In this document: positions 1 through 9,001 of the stretch, piece after piece
Numbering within the stretch: position 1 is the stretch's first letter
Layout of the letters: every line of letters starts with the position of its first letter
From: Candidatus Kuenenia sp.
GTDB lineage: Bacteria > Planctomycetota > Planctomycetia > Planctomycetales > Planctomycetaceae
Reading direction: 5' to 3'
DNA length: 34,660 nt
NCBI GenBank assembly: GCA_043722015.1
Contig: JAYSPO010001114.1
Span: forward strand, 1 to 34,660
Translations under genes and position numbers: made by a program
Notes under the pieces: generated by a model
What the model saw: the letters and a program-made list of their open reading frames with translations, nothing else
The model's database searches: none
What the model was told of the DNA's origin: nothing

Positions 1-30
1 CGAATTCCCCAGAAATTCCCCGTGTCGCCA

Positions 31-576
31 CTAAAATCCGAGAAGAACCAAATCTTTCTCGATTCCGTTGTACTCCAGACCTGGATTTGCATAGCGCGGC
101 GGGCGGCGAGTATGCTGCCACAGGCAGGATTCGTCGAAGCCAAAATGCCGGGGCGCGTCGATTTCACGTCCAAGCTGCCATTTGCCACAGATGCCGGTGA
201 TGTAGCCGGCGTTTTTGCACAGGGTGCCAAACGTCGTCTCCGTGCGAACCAGCGTCCCAAAATTCAGATAGTTGCGGATGTTGTAGCGGCCCGTCATCAG
301 CTGCACGCGCGTCGGAGTACACAGCGGCTGCACATGACAGTTCTCGAAGCGGACACCCGTAGCGGCAAGCTTGTCAAGGTTTGGCGTTTGGTACGACTGA
401 CCTCCATTCGCCGTGACGCATTCGTACCCGAAGTCATCCGCCATGATCAGGATGATGTTTGGCCGGGAGTTTTCCGCTGCGTGCGACGATGCAAACGGAG
501 TGAGCACCAGTGCGATCAGAAGTACGATAGTGTGTTTCACAGACTGCCTGAAATCCTGCCGATGCCCTGCGACCAT
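31..576 (-). CDS. Formylglycine-dependent sulfatase, N-terminal portion only; ends at an in-frame TAG after ~181 aa, so possibly truncated or pseudogenised
   Basis: Lies within ORF 31..1035(-). Recognisable content begins at ATG 574-576 with a signal-like [33 protein letters not shown]. Sulfatase motifs follow: [12 protein letters not shown] and the Cys-type active-site block [13 protein letters not shown]. The longer 5' extension overlaps the NHL gene and has no recognisable content. TAG at 31-33 arrives far earlier than expected for this family, and the same frame stays open to the window edge. Confidence 0.75.
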   Translation of the reverse strand: MVAGHRQDFRQSVKHTIVLLIALVLTPFASSHAAENSRPNIILIMADDFGYECVTANGGQSYQTPNLDKLAATGVRFENCHVQPLCTPTRVQLMTGRYNIRNYLNFGTLVRTETTFGTLCKNAGYITGICGKWQLGREIDAPRHFGFDESCLWQHTRRPPRYANPGLEYNGIEKDLVLLGF

Positions 577-738
577 TTGACAACCTTGCTTTTCCTGGAC
601 TAGAACTTGTTCACACCAAAGGGAATCGATTGAAGCTGAAGTCGATTTCGCCCGGACCAGACGCCGCGTAACGTTTGATCGTCCGGCTGCACCACAGTCT
701 GACCATTGCCGCTCAAAGTTCAACCAGGAATCCTGAAC

Positions 739-1743
739 ATGAAGAGTATTTTGAAGTCCATCGCCTTTACGGTTTTGTTGAGCATTGCGGTATCCGGCTT
801 TGCAACGGACAAAGTGGCACCGGTGCGGATGGGGGCCGGGGCGATGACGTTTGATACGGTGCCCGGCTGGGGACTCGGTGAAGACGGGAAGTCGGTCATA
901 GGTCCGACTCACGGCAGTGTCGTGATCGACAAGGCGGGCAATATTTACACCAGCGCCGATTTGGGCGTGTTTGTATTTTCGCCGGACGGCAAATTGATCC
1001 GCCGTTTCGTAGGTGACGAGTATACAAAAATCCATGACATGGAAATCCGCGATGAAGCGGAAGGAGAATTTATCTACGGTGCTCGCAACGCCAACGCTGA
1101 AGGGATCAAGTTCAGCGCGGAAACCGGCGACATTGTGCTGAAGCTTCCATTTCCCAAAGAATCAAAACTCGATCTGAAGCAGTTCAATCCAACGGCCATC
1201 ACGGTCGCCTCGAACGGCGATATTATTCTGTCCGATGGCTATGCCAGCAACTACATCTTCAAGTTTGACAAAACAGGCAAGTACCTGATGCACTTCGGGA
1301 GCAAAGGGAATGACCTCAAGCAATTCAACACGGCACACGGGATGACGCTGGACACGCGTTACGAGCCGCCTCGGCTGCTGATCTGTGACCGCAACCACCA
1401 GCCCAAGGGCCGCCTGCTGCATTACGATCTGGATGGCAACTTTATCGAAGAAGTGATCACTGGCCTGGGAATGCCGACCTCGGTCGCGATCCATGGCGAT
1501 TTTGTATCGGTGCCCGACCTGCAGGGACGAGTCGTGATCCTGGACAAGAGCAACAGGATTATCTCAGTACTCGGCCACAATCCGGATCCTGCGAAAGGCG
1601 GCAGCTATAACGTGCCTCAGGAGCAGTGGATCGAAGGCATCTTCAGCGGCACGCACGGATCCTACTGGGACAAAGACGGCAACCTGTACGTTCAGGACTG
1701 GAACGTCTCCGGCCGCCTCATGAAGCTGGTACGCGTGAAGTAG
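739..1743 (+). CDS. Secreted NHL-repeat / six-bladed beta-propeller protein (PAL-like)
   Basis: ATG 739 gives a signal-like [22 protein letters not shown]. Repeated blade-like segments are present: [41 protein letters not shown] and [10 protein letters not shown]. The listed start at 706 is a short upstream extension. Confidence 0.8.
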   Translation: MKSILKSIAFTVLLSIAVSGFATDKVAPVRMGAGAMTFDTVPGWGLGEDGKSVIGPTHGSVVIDKAGNIYTSADLGVFVFSPDGKLIRRFVGDEYTKIHDMEIRDEAEGEFIYGARNANAEGIKFSAETGDIVLKLPFPKESKLDLKQFNPTAITVASNGDIILSDGYASNYIFKFDKTGKYLMHFGSKGNDLKQFNTAHGMTLDTRYEPPRLLICDRNHQPKGRLLHYDLDGNFIEEVITGLGMPTSVAIHGDFVSVPDLQGRVVILDKSNRIISVLGHNPDPAKGGSYNVPQEQWIEGIFSGTHGSYWDKDGNLYVQDWNVSGRLMKLVRVK

Positions 1744-1884
1744 CAGAGCGAGTCGGACCTGGACGCATTGAGTGCAGCAATCAGCACCAGACGGCAAGCA
1801 GCAATGCATGCTGTTCTGAAAGTCGCTGAGTTCAGGCCCTTTGCGCATATTACATGAACTGAATTTTGGTCGTTCTCCAACTCC

Positions 1885-2042
1885 TTGGACTGCGGCAGCC
1901 TGCTGCCGCTTTCACCAGCCAGCCTGCTGGCGTCCGGTCGGGACACCATGTCCCGACTCCCGGAAGGCTCGTCCGTCTTTTGGCCCCCAGCGCTCGCAGC
2001 AGGCTGCGTCGCGGAAAGCGGCAGCAGGCTGCCGCAGTCCAA
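1885..2042. repeat. 158-bp nested palindromic element with 29-bp perfect terminal inverted repeats and internal hairpins
   Basis: 1885-1913 (TTGGACTGCGGCAGCCTGCTGCCGCTTTC) is the exact reverse complement of 2014-2042. Each arm contains the palindrome GCGGCAGC-NN-GCTGCCGC. Inner palindromes are GCCAGCCTGCTGGC (1918-1931) and CGCAGCAGGCTGCG (1995-2008). A central hairpin is TCGGGACA-cca-TGTCCCGA (1938-1956). Confidence 0.85.
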
Positions 2043-2293
2043 AAACGCTGGCGAATTCGGCGTTGCTCTCCGCCTCACTTTTAGTACATTTGTTCAGTTG
2101 AATTCAGTCAGGTCAAGAATAAATGCAGCACTGTCGCACAGGGGGTGTGCAGCGCAGATGAATCGGAGCCAGATCAGCTCTTCCCGCAATCCGGATTTGT
2201 CGTTTTCCAGCCATCGACATCAAGAATTCTTAACGAATTTTTGCAATCATCGTATCGATCAGGTTTGTCATCTTTTGTAAAGGATAGGCTCCT

Positions 2294-3412
2294 ATGAAAA
2301 CTCGAGTGCGCGGATTTACGTTGATTGAATTGCTGGTCGTGATTGCGATTATCGCGATCCTGATTGCTCTGTTGTTGCCAGCTGTGCAACAGGCTCGTGA
2401 AGCTGCCCGCCGAACGCAGTGCAAGAATAATCTGAAACAGCTTGGGCTCGCGCTGCACAACTACCTTTCGACGTTCGACAGTTTTCCGCCAGCTCGCCTG
2501 GCACCCGACTATTCAGTAGGCGGAGTTCAGGTTGCAAGCTATACGTCCTATCCGAACACTTTGCCTGCCGGTTCATCGACCGGATTTCGTTCGGTCCACA
2601 CGTTTCTGTTGCCATACATGGAGCAGGGCAACATCTACAACCTGATCGACTTTTCGAAGCCGACCTCTGTACGGATGACACAGAATGGTGCGCCTGTGAA
2701 CGCAAACTATGCCGCCTATGCGAACGCCGCAGGATTGTTCCTTTGTCCGTCAGATCCAAACTCAGACCGGATCATCACCGAAAACAACTATCGAGCGAAC
2801 TTTGGCGGCTCGACACCTCACGCAGGTGCCATCAGCACGACTCAAAATGGGGTCCTGTCCAGTGCGGGGAACGGTGCGTTTACGATCGGGAAAGTCACCA
2901 AGGATCGAGACTTCACCGACGGACTTTCGAATACTGCCATGTTTTCTGAACGCAGCAAGGGCAGCGGAAGCAACATGGCATCGGCGTTGCCGGATCGACG
3001 TTTCGACGTTATCACGTCACCGAACCGTCGTCAGGGGCCACTCGTGACGGATGATCTTTACAACGAATGTCTGAATGCTCCGCCGCTCGTTTCAAGTTTC
3101 AATTTCAATTCGATGGGACGCTGGCTGGCTGGCTCGGACTTTTCCAACGGCTGGCCATTCGGGTTCTATTCGGCCACGCTCTACAACCATGTGGCAACTC
3201 CGAACTGGAGAGGCTACGATTGCGGGAACTGGAGCGCGATCGCTGATGCACCTGGCGAATACGCAATCGTTTCTGCCCGCAGCCTGCATACTGGCGGGGC
3301 TCAGATTCAACTGGGTGATGCCAGTGTCCGTTTCGTCAGCGAGAATGTCGATTTGCAGGTATGGCGAGCCGTGGGAACCCGCGACGGCGGCGAAGTGATC
3401 GGCGAATTCTGA
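2294..3412 (+). CDS. DUF1559 domain protein with prepilin-type N-terminal cleavage/methylation motif
   Basis: The N-terminus is [57 protein letters not shown]. This combines the [10 protein letters not shown] pilin-like helix with the QCxNNLKQ signature typical of the large planctomycete DUF1559 family. ATG 2294 is preceded by AAGGA. Confidence 0.9.
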   Translation: MKTRVRGFTLIELLVVIAIIAILIALLLPAVQQAREAARRTQCKNNLKQLGLALHNYLSTFDSFPPARLAPDYSVGGVQVASYTSYPNTLPAGSSTGFRSVHTFLLPYMEQGNIYNLIDFSKPTSVRMTQNGAPVNANYAAYANAAGLFLCPSDPNSDRIITENNYRANFGGSTPHAGAISTTQNGVLSSAGNGAFTIGKVTKDRDFTDGLSNTAMFSERSKGSGSNMASALPDRRFDVITSPNRRQGPLVTDDLYNECLNAPPLVSSFNFNSMGRWLAGSDFSNGWPFGFYSATLYNHVATPNWRGYDCGNWSAIADAPGEYAIVSARSLHTGGAQIQLGDASVRFVSENVDLQVWRAVGTRDGGEVIGEF

Positions 3413-3445
3413 TTTGACTTGCGAAATTCAGCGATCGAGGCTCTT

Positions 3446-3892
3446 ATGCATTCTCGGATCTTGAGACTCATTCTGTGTCTGACTGTGGCACTGATGGGCA
3501 CAGCCGCGATCAGCGGCTGTGGCGGTGCCGCTGCGACGTCGATTTCGTCGAGTGAAAATTTGCTTGATGCTGGCTTGAAGGCGTTTCAGGAGAAGGACTA
3601 TGCCGCTGCCGAAACCCATCTTGCGGCGGCAATTGCAAACGGCCATCTGCAACCCGACTTAGGCGAAAACGCCCTGCGGTCACTGGCCGTGGCGCGAATT
3701 CGACTCGATAAATTGACCGCAGCTGAAAGTGACCTGATGTCGCTTTCACTGGGTGCCGCCGAGATGGACCTCTACTGGGTGGCGTGTGCCGAACTGGAGT
3801 TGAAAAAAGGCGATCAAGACGCTGCCAAGAACGCGGCCAGTCAGGCCCGTGAGATCAACCCGGACGTCGAACTGCCGCCCGAGTTGCAATGA
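3446..3892 (+). CDS. Small TPR-like lipoprotein
   Basis: ATG 3446 gives MHSRILRLILCLTVALMGTAAISGC, a signal peptide with a lipobox-like ISGC. The rest is Ala/Leu-rich and helical-repeat-like. It lies directly downstream of the DUF1559 gene. The listed start 3419 is TTG. Confidence 0.6.
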   Translation: MHSRILRLILCLTVALMGTAAISGCGGAAATSISSSENLLDAGLKAFQEKDYAAAETHLAAAIANGHLQPDLGENALRSLAVARIRLDKLTAAESDLMSLSLGAAEMDLYWVACAELELKKGDQDAAKNAASQAREINPDVELPPELQ

Positions 3893-4179
3893 ATTATGCC
3901 TCGCGCGGGCCGCAATGAAGTGGAGCCGGATTCGTGAGAATTCGGGACTTGGCCATGTCTCAGCCCGAAGTCTCACGACTTCGGCCACAATCAGAAGACC
4001 TCACTCAGACCTCACTCAGACCCGCGCGGAGTTGTGCTGCGTGCGCCATTACTTCCCTTGCCTCTCCAGGGGCGATAAAAGCTGGATAGCGATCGACTCG
4101 ACGCCGGAGAGTGACGCTCTGACTACGCAGTCATGTCCGCATTGAGCTTTGACCTAAGCACTCGTGCATAAGATCTTTC

Positions 4180-4249
4180 GTTTAACGGCGAGCCGCAGGC
4201 GTAGGCGGTGCAAGCTGGATTCGCCTACGCCTGTGGCTCGCCGTTAAAC
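4180..4249. repeat. Long imperfect hairpin (28-bp arms, 14-nt loop) with GTTTAAC termini
   Basis: GTTTAACGGCGAGCCGCAGGCGTAGGCG (4180-4207) pairs with CGCCTACGCCTGTGGCTCGCCGTTAAAC (4222-4249) with one mismatch, which is G:T on the + strand. An outer 8-bp pair is CTAAGCAC (4154-4161) / GTGCTTAG (4277-4284). It sits between convergent genes but has no U-tract. Confidence 0.85.
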
Positions 4250-4304
4250 AATTTGTGCCAACATAATTCTGACTGGGTGCTTAGCGCGTTTCGCGCCGCC
4301 ATAA

Positions 4305-5222
4305 TCAGCGTGCTGCGAGGCTGAACGTCGTGATCAGCGGACGATGGTCGCTGGTCTTGTCGCTGTCCGGAAAATCGTCAGGCCGGACGACAACAACAGA
4401 TTTCCCATGCCATCCTTTGGCACCATTGGCGACAAATACGAAATCCAGGATTGAGTCGGGATACCGATCGACTCGGCGATCAGTGATTTGGCGATCGTCC
4501 GACCAGTTGGAATCGATGAGCGGATCGGGCTTGAGCCAGGTCCAGACATTGCCTTCCATCATGGCGTCAAAGCCGGCATTGCCTTTCTGTGTCCGAAAGT
4601 CAAAGTCAAAATTGAAGTCACCGGCGGCAATGACGGGTTCTGTGGAATCCTGCGCCCATTTTCGCAACATCCTGGCCTGCTCCGTACGCAACTCTTCTTC
4701 GCCGCGGGCGAGGTGGTTGGCAATCACCCAGAAAGTCACGGAATTTGTCTTATCCAGCAGTTTCACCGCCAGTGGTGAGCGTGCTCGAAGTTCTCCCGGG
4801 CCGGAGGCATTCGTATCGTTCGCAAAATTGCCGCGTAGTCCACCGTAGCGATGCAGTTCGATCGCATCGCGAAGTTCAAAACGACTGGTGTCCACGATCA
4901 GCATCAGGCTGTCAGTGTCGGCAAAGCCACCGCTCGCCGATGTCACAAAATCGACGGGCTTCCCGAGTCCTTCCGCGGCAGCAGTTCTGAATGCGTCAAC
5001 AGTCTTCGGCTCAACTTCGCTGAGGACCAGAATTGAAAATCGCGTGGCTTCAGCGACCGCCATTTCTTTGATCTGCGCGGCAATCGTCGCGGGATCACTC
5101 ACCGGCGGCTGGCCGGGACGGTTGCTTTCGACGTTCCAGGACAAAATGCGAAATTCATCTGCCGGAACCGGCACACAAACCAACACCACGAAGACGACAA
5201 GGAAAAATCTTATTCCGCGCAC
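4305..5222 (-). CDS. Secreted endonuclease/exonuclease/phosphatase (EEP) family protein
   Basis: GTG start at 5222 with GGAGA upstream and a signal-like RGIRFFLVVFVVLVCVPVPA. EEP hallmarks are FRILSWNVES near the N-terminus and SDHRPLITTF at the C-terminus. Confidence 0.85.
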   Translation of the reverse strand: MRGIRFFLVVFVVLVCVPVPADEFRILSWNVESNRPGQPPVSDPATIAAQIKEMAVAEATRFSILVLSEVEPKTVDAFRTAAAEGLGKPVDFVTSASGGFADTDSLMLIVDTSRFELRDAIELHRYGGLRGNFANDTNASGPGELRARSPLAVKLLDKTNSVTFWVIANHLARGEEELRTEQARMLRKWAQDSTEPVIAAGDFNFDFDFRTQKGNAGFDAMMEGNVWTWLKPDPLIDSNWSDDRQITDRRVDRYPDSILDFVFVANGAKGWHGKSVVVVRPDDFPDSDKTSDHRPLITTFSLAAR

Positions 5223-5537
5223 AGGGTGTTTCTCCAGACAACGTACAACGTTGCAAAAAATGATGCCGTCCGCTTCTTTTGCGGCCCGGAGAAATGCGAT
5301 TCAGACAGGCACCAGTCGCGACCGACAGTTAGATGATTCATAGTCACTGTGTGATCTCGCGAACCAATTGCTGCGCACAGTAGCCGATGTCTGGATGAGG
5401 TACAAAACCACAACTCAGAAGGAACATGCTTTCTCAAGTCGAGCAAAGGGAAAGTCGGGCAAATGGTCCAGGTCTCAATTGCCTGAGCCATGCCCCGTTT
5501 TGATTCTTCAGATGGACACACATAGAACGGCTGTATG

Positions 5538-6935
5538 TCACCGTCGTTCGGGAATTCGGCTCAGAAAAAGACCCAGCCAAGTGGATACAATAATCATCAG
5601 AGTTGCATTGCTGCACACGGCCATCGTTTCTGCATTGTGTTGTTTCACGAGATTCGCAGTCATTCTGAGTTCGCCAATCTCAGCGGTCACAAGTCCGGGA
5701 TTTTGCTCGACAGCCGCGCTGCGCTGCGCCTCGTATTGATCAAGGAGCGGAATATACTGCAGCATTTTCAGATTGGCCCAGATGCACACACAGGCCACAA
5801 TCACGGTCCATCCGAAGGCGAGCCGACGATGCTGTGGATTCTTTGCGAGTGTCGCCATGATCACCGGAATCGCCAGTCCCGGAAGCAGCATTGCCGAATA
5901 GACGGCAATCTCCCAGAATCCAGGCCTTCGAACAGACAGCCAGAAGCAAATGCCCATCATGGCAACGCCTCCGGCAACGCATCCGCCCACGAGGCCTGCG
6001 CGGATTTTCTCCGAGCGGTTCAGTGCCAGTCGCCCGAAACTACTGGTCATCAGCACAAGTTCGAACAGTGCTGAAGCACACCAACTCATCCAGACGAACA
6101 TCAGATAACCGAGAGTCAGCGGCAACGCCAGGGGTTCCAGCACAGGGACAGACTTCATAAGTCCCTGCAGCAGGTTCTGACCCACGGGGATTCCGATCAT
6201 CAGTGCGAGCTGCACCTTCGGCGGGAAGCGTCCGATCCAGAGAAAGAAACTCAGCATCCAGCGATAGATGAAGAAACGCGCTTTCATCGCTTCGATGATA
6301 CCCTGGCGAGCCCATTCGAAATTCGGCTCCAGCCGCAGTGCTTCGCGAAAATGCTCCATGGCTTGCAGGGGTTTGCGGGCATGCAACTGTCGCCAACCTT
6401 CATTGGCGTGACTGAAAGCATTTTCCGGGTTCCTGCGGAGTTCCTCCTGAATGGTCTGCCCGGCTTCATCGCGTCGGCCAAGTTTCGTCAGAGCGATCGC
6501 CCGGAAATTATTGCAGCCAGCGTGTTCGGGGTCGCGTGCCAGTCCGGTTTCTGCCGCCTTGAGGCAGGCTTGCCAAAGTTGCTCTGTTGCTTCGATACCC
6601 GCCAGGACCGCGAAGTAATCCGCATCCGTCGGTTCCAGACGCAGCGCCTCGTTGATGGCATGACGGGCTTCGATCATCCGGTTCCGGGACCGCATCACCT
6701 GAGCCAGAGCATAGTGCGTGAAGGCGTTATCCGGCGCGGCGACAATCGCCTGACGTGCTTCGTCGGTGGCTGCGTCCCATGCCTTGCGATCTGACAGGCA
6801 CAGTGCCAGGAGTGCATGAGCCGTCGCATCGCCTGAGTCCTGTGCGAGTGACAGTCGCAGCTGTTCCTCGGCAAGGGCATGTTTGCCCTGCTGCATCAAC
6901 ATTTGGGCGCGCAGAATCAAGTGGGCAGTTGTCAT
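5538..6935 (-). CDS. TPR-repeat protein with a C-terminal polytopic membrane domain
   Basis: The N-terminal ~215 aa are TPR-like (e.g. AFTHYALAQVMRSRNRMIEARHAINEALRLEP, AFSHANEGWRQLHARKPLQAMEHFREALRLEP). About 6 hydrophobic helices follow (e.g. FFIYRWMLSFFLWIG, LTLGYLMFVWMSWCASALFELVLM, GLVGGCVAGGVAMMGICFWL). Its ATG 6935-6933 overlaps the TGA 6934-6932 of the upstream AAA+ gene. Confidence 0.75.
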   Translation of the reverse strand: MTTAHLILRAQMLMQQGKHALAEEQLRLSLAQDSGDATAHALLALCLSDRKAWDAATDEARQAIVAAPDNAFTHYALAQVMRSRNRMIEARHAINEALRLEPTDADYFAVLAGIEATEQLWQACLKAAETGLARDPEHAGCNNFRAIALTKLGRRDEAGQTIQEELRRNPENAFSHANEGWRQLHARKPLQAMEHFREALRLEPNFEWARQGIIEAMKARFFIYRWMLSFFLWIGRFPPKVQLALMIGIPVGQNLLQGLMKSVPVLEPLALPLTLGYLMFVWMSWCASALFELVLMTSSFGRLALNRSEKIRAGLVGGCVAGGVAMMGICFWLSVRRPGFWEIAVYSAMLLPGLAIPVIMATLAKNPQHRRLAFGWTVIVACVCIWANLKMLQYIPLLDQYEAQRSAAVEQNPGLVTAEIGELRMTANLVKQHNAETMAVCSNATLMIIVSTWLGLFLSRIPERR

Positions 6936-8284
6936 CGGCTGAGCTTCAGATAGCGAAGGATGTCGTCGTACTGCCCACCCTGGTTCGAATACAGGGCATA
7001 GTTGCGGGCCGAACTGAACCAGTCGCGGGTCGATGGCTGCACCTGCTTGACTGCGGCGAGCAGATCCCGGGTCGTGATGGGCTGCGGGCGACCGGTCTTG
7101 AGTGCTTCACTGAGCTTCGCTTCGATGCAGACATCGACGACAGCCTTCAGGTCTGCTCCAGAACAGTCTTCTGTCTTCTTTGCGATGGCGTCATGATCGA
7201 TGTTATCGACCGGCTTGCGCTGCAGCAGCAGCCGCAGGATCTCGGCCCGGCCTTCACGGTCAGGCGGCGGCACAAAAATGATCCGGTCAAATCTGCCCGG
7301 CCTGCGGAACGCCGGGTCCAGATGCCACGGCGCATTGGTGGCGGCAAGAATCAGCACGCCGTCGTTCGATGAAGCCACACTGTCTGTTTCGGTCAGGAAC
7401 TGATTGATCAGATGGCGGCCTGCGCTTGTTTTCATATCGGAACGCGATGCGGCCAGAGCGTCCACCTCATCAAAAAACATCACGCAGGGCTTGTTCCCGC
7501 GCGCGGACTGAAACAGTGCGTGAAGCGCTTTCTCGCTGTTCCCCATCCACATATCCAGCACGTCGTGAATTCCGATGTTCAGAAACCCCGCGCTGATCTC
7601 GCCAGCCGTGGCCCGCGCCAGATGTGTTTTGCCGCATCCCGGCGGACCGTACATGAGGATTCCACCTCCGACAGCCTTGCCATACGCTGCGAACATCTCG
7701 GGATGCTGCATCGGGTAGATGACCTTCATGCGAATCTCTTCCTTGAGGTTCGCCATTCCTCCGACGTCGCTGAATTTGATCTTCGGGCGTTCAAACTCCG
7801 CCCGCGTCGGAGTTGTGGATTCATTGTCTCCTTCCCAGGCTTCCCGGATTCTGCCATCCGAGATGCTGGACGACGCTTCCGAACCAATCCCCAGCCGCGC
7901 TTCAAGTTCGGGATCCTTCAGCGATGGGTCTGCCGAAATTGCTGACCGGTATTCCGTCACTGCGAACTCCGCATCGCCGCGCTGAATCTGCAGCCTGGAA
8001 TGCAGAAGATGGGCTGCCGCCGGAGTATCGCGTTTTGCGACAAGATCTTCGACAATCACCAGGGCCGGGGAATATTTCCCCTGTTGAAAAAAACAGTGTG
8101 CAAGGTCCAGCCTCAAACCCGCATCTTCGGACTTCGCTTCGACGAGCCTCCGGAACTCCGCTTCCGCTTCCTCCGCACGTCCGGAATGCATCAGCGTGGT
8201 CGCCAGCAGCCGACGAAGCGTATGGTTTTCCGGGGAACTTCTCAGTGCTTCCCGAAGTGAGTTGATCGTCGAATCGTCAGCCAT
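6932..8284 (-). CDS. TPR-domain AAA+ ATPase (classical Cdc48/FtsH-type AAA module)
   Basis: ATG at 8284 gives MADDSTINSLREAL; the listed 8419 start is a TTG extension. The N-terminal region is TPR-like. AAA motifs are Walker A GPPGCGKT (7625-7648), Walker B VMFFDEVDAL and the second region of homology ATNAPWHLDPAFRRPGRFDR. Confidence 0.9.
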   Translation of the reverse strand: MADDSTINSLREALRSSPENHTLRRLLATTLMHSGRAEEAEAEFRRLVEAKSEDAGLRLDLAHCFFQQGKYSPALVIVEDLVAKRDTPAAAHLLHSRLQIQRGDAEFAVTEYRSAISADPSLKDPELEARLGIGSEASSSISDGRIREAWEGDNESTTPTRAEFERPKIKFSDVGGMANLKEEIRMKVIYPMQHPEMFAAYGKAVGGGILMYGPPGCGKTHLARATAGEISAGFLNIGIHDVLDMWMGNSEKALHALFQSARGNKPCVMFFDEVDALAASRSDMKTSAGRHLINQFLTETDSVASSNDGVLILAATNAPWHLDPAFRRPGRFDRIIFVPPPDREGRAEILRLLLQRKPVDNIDHDAIAKKTEDCSGADLKAVVDVCIEAKLSEALKTGRPQPITTRDLLAAVKQVQPSTRDWFSSARNYALYSNQGGQYDDILRYLKLSR

Positions 8285-8350
8285 AGTCCGCTCAGAGTCA
8301 GGTTGAAGAAGCACGATGTCGCCCCTCACTGGTCCCGGGTGACACGCCAC

Positions 8351-8395
8351 TGGGAAGTGAGCGAACGGCAAGTGAGCGACTGGCAAGTGGATCTG
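8351..8395. repeat. Three tandem 15-bp units in a divergent promoter region
   Basis: The units are TGGGAAGTGAGCGAA, CGGCAAGTGAGCGAC and TGGCAAGTGGATCTG. They lie 67-111 nt upstream of the AAA+ ATG (8284) and 123-167 nt upstream of the DUF1264 ORF. Confidence 0.6.
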
Positions 8396-8517
8396 AGTCC
8401 AATCGTCCGCGCACACCAACAGAGAAAAACTCCAGAACCACAGCGTAATCAGAGTATTGAAGGGGGAACGGGATTTTGCCTGATCTCCAAAGATGAGTCA
8501 ATCGTCAGAAGTGGGTT

Positions 8518-8982
8518 TTGCCTGTCGGCCCACACGCGAAACTACTTGGCGTGGAATACGTTATCAGCAACGCCGCCTATCTCGCCCTACCGGAAGCTGA
8601 GAAGAAGTACTGGCACCCACACACCTATGAAGTGCTCAGCGGTGGTCTCGTCGCCCCCGGCATGCCGGAAGAAGACGAAAAGAATTTCATGAAAACTCTC
8701 CTCACTACCTGGGGCAAAGCGTGGCACACGTGGCCGGACCCGACGACTGTCGTTCCGGAGGGCGAGCCGCTTCTGATCTGGTCACTGACAGGTGATGGTC
8801 AGTGCGACCCCGCCGTGGTGGCTGCGCGCGACAAAGAGTTCGGCATCGATACCGCTGCGATCCGGGCTCGTCGCGGCAAGGAACTCGGACTGGAAGTGCC
8901 GCAGATTCCGCAGCCGAAATCGATGGATGCACTCGGTCGTCAGTGGACCGCCAGCGGCGACGACAAGCCGACGAAGAAGTAG
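8518..8982 (+). CDS. DUF1264 (OBAP-like) family protein, apparently lacking the N-terminal part
   Basis: AKLLGVEYVISNAAYLALPEAEKKYWHPHTYEVLSGGLVAPGMPE...TWGKAWHTWPDP matches my recollection of the central and C-terminal DUF1264 consensus. The ORF begins at a TTG just before this block, and the same frame has stops immediately upstream. Confidence 0.7.
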   Translation: MPVGPHAKLLGVEYVISNAAYLALPEAEKKYWHPHTYEVLSGGLVAPGMPEEDEKNFMKTLLTTWGKAWHTWPDPTTVVPEGEPLLIWSLTGDGQCDPAVVAARDKEFGIDTAAIRARRGKELGLEVPQIPQPKSMDALGRQWTASGDDKPTKK

Positions 8983-9001
8983 ACTTTGTTTGGCTATCGC
9001 A

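Noticed and set aside
22-603. 193-aa ORF on the + strand at the window start
   Set aside because: It is antisense to the sulfatase N-terminal coding region, whose active-site motif is in the minus frame.
577-1035. 5' extensions of listed ORFs: 31..1035, 706, 3419, 6932..8419, 9317..10522, 10604..11164, 16002, 19652, 20653, 22593
   Set aside because: These extensions begin at TTG/GTG codons, overlap neighbouring genes or promoter repeats, and precede obvious signal peptides or conserved N-termini that start at internal ATG or GTG codons with better SD context.
3965-4023. Hairpin CCGAAGTC-tcac-GACTTCGG (3965-3984) and an 11-bp tandem AGACCTCACTC x2.5 (3996-4023) downstream of the TPR lipoprotein gene
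   Set aside because: Considered as an intrinsic terminator, but there is no U-tract after the stem. The tandem repeat is too short to interpret. Left uncalled.
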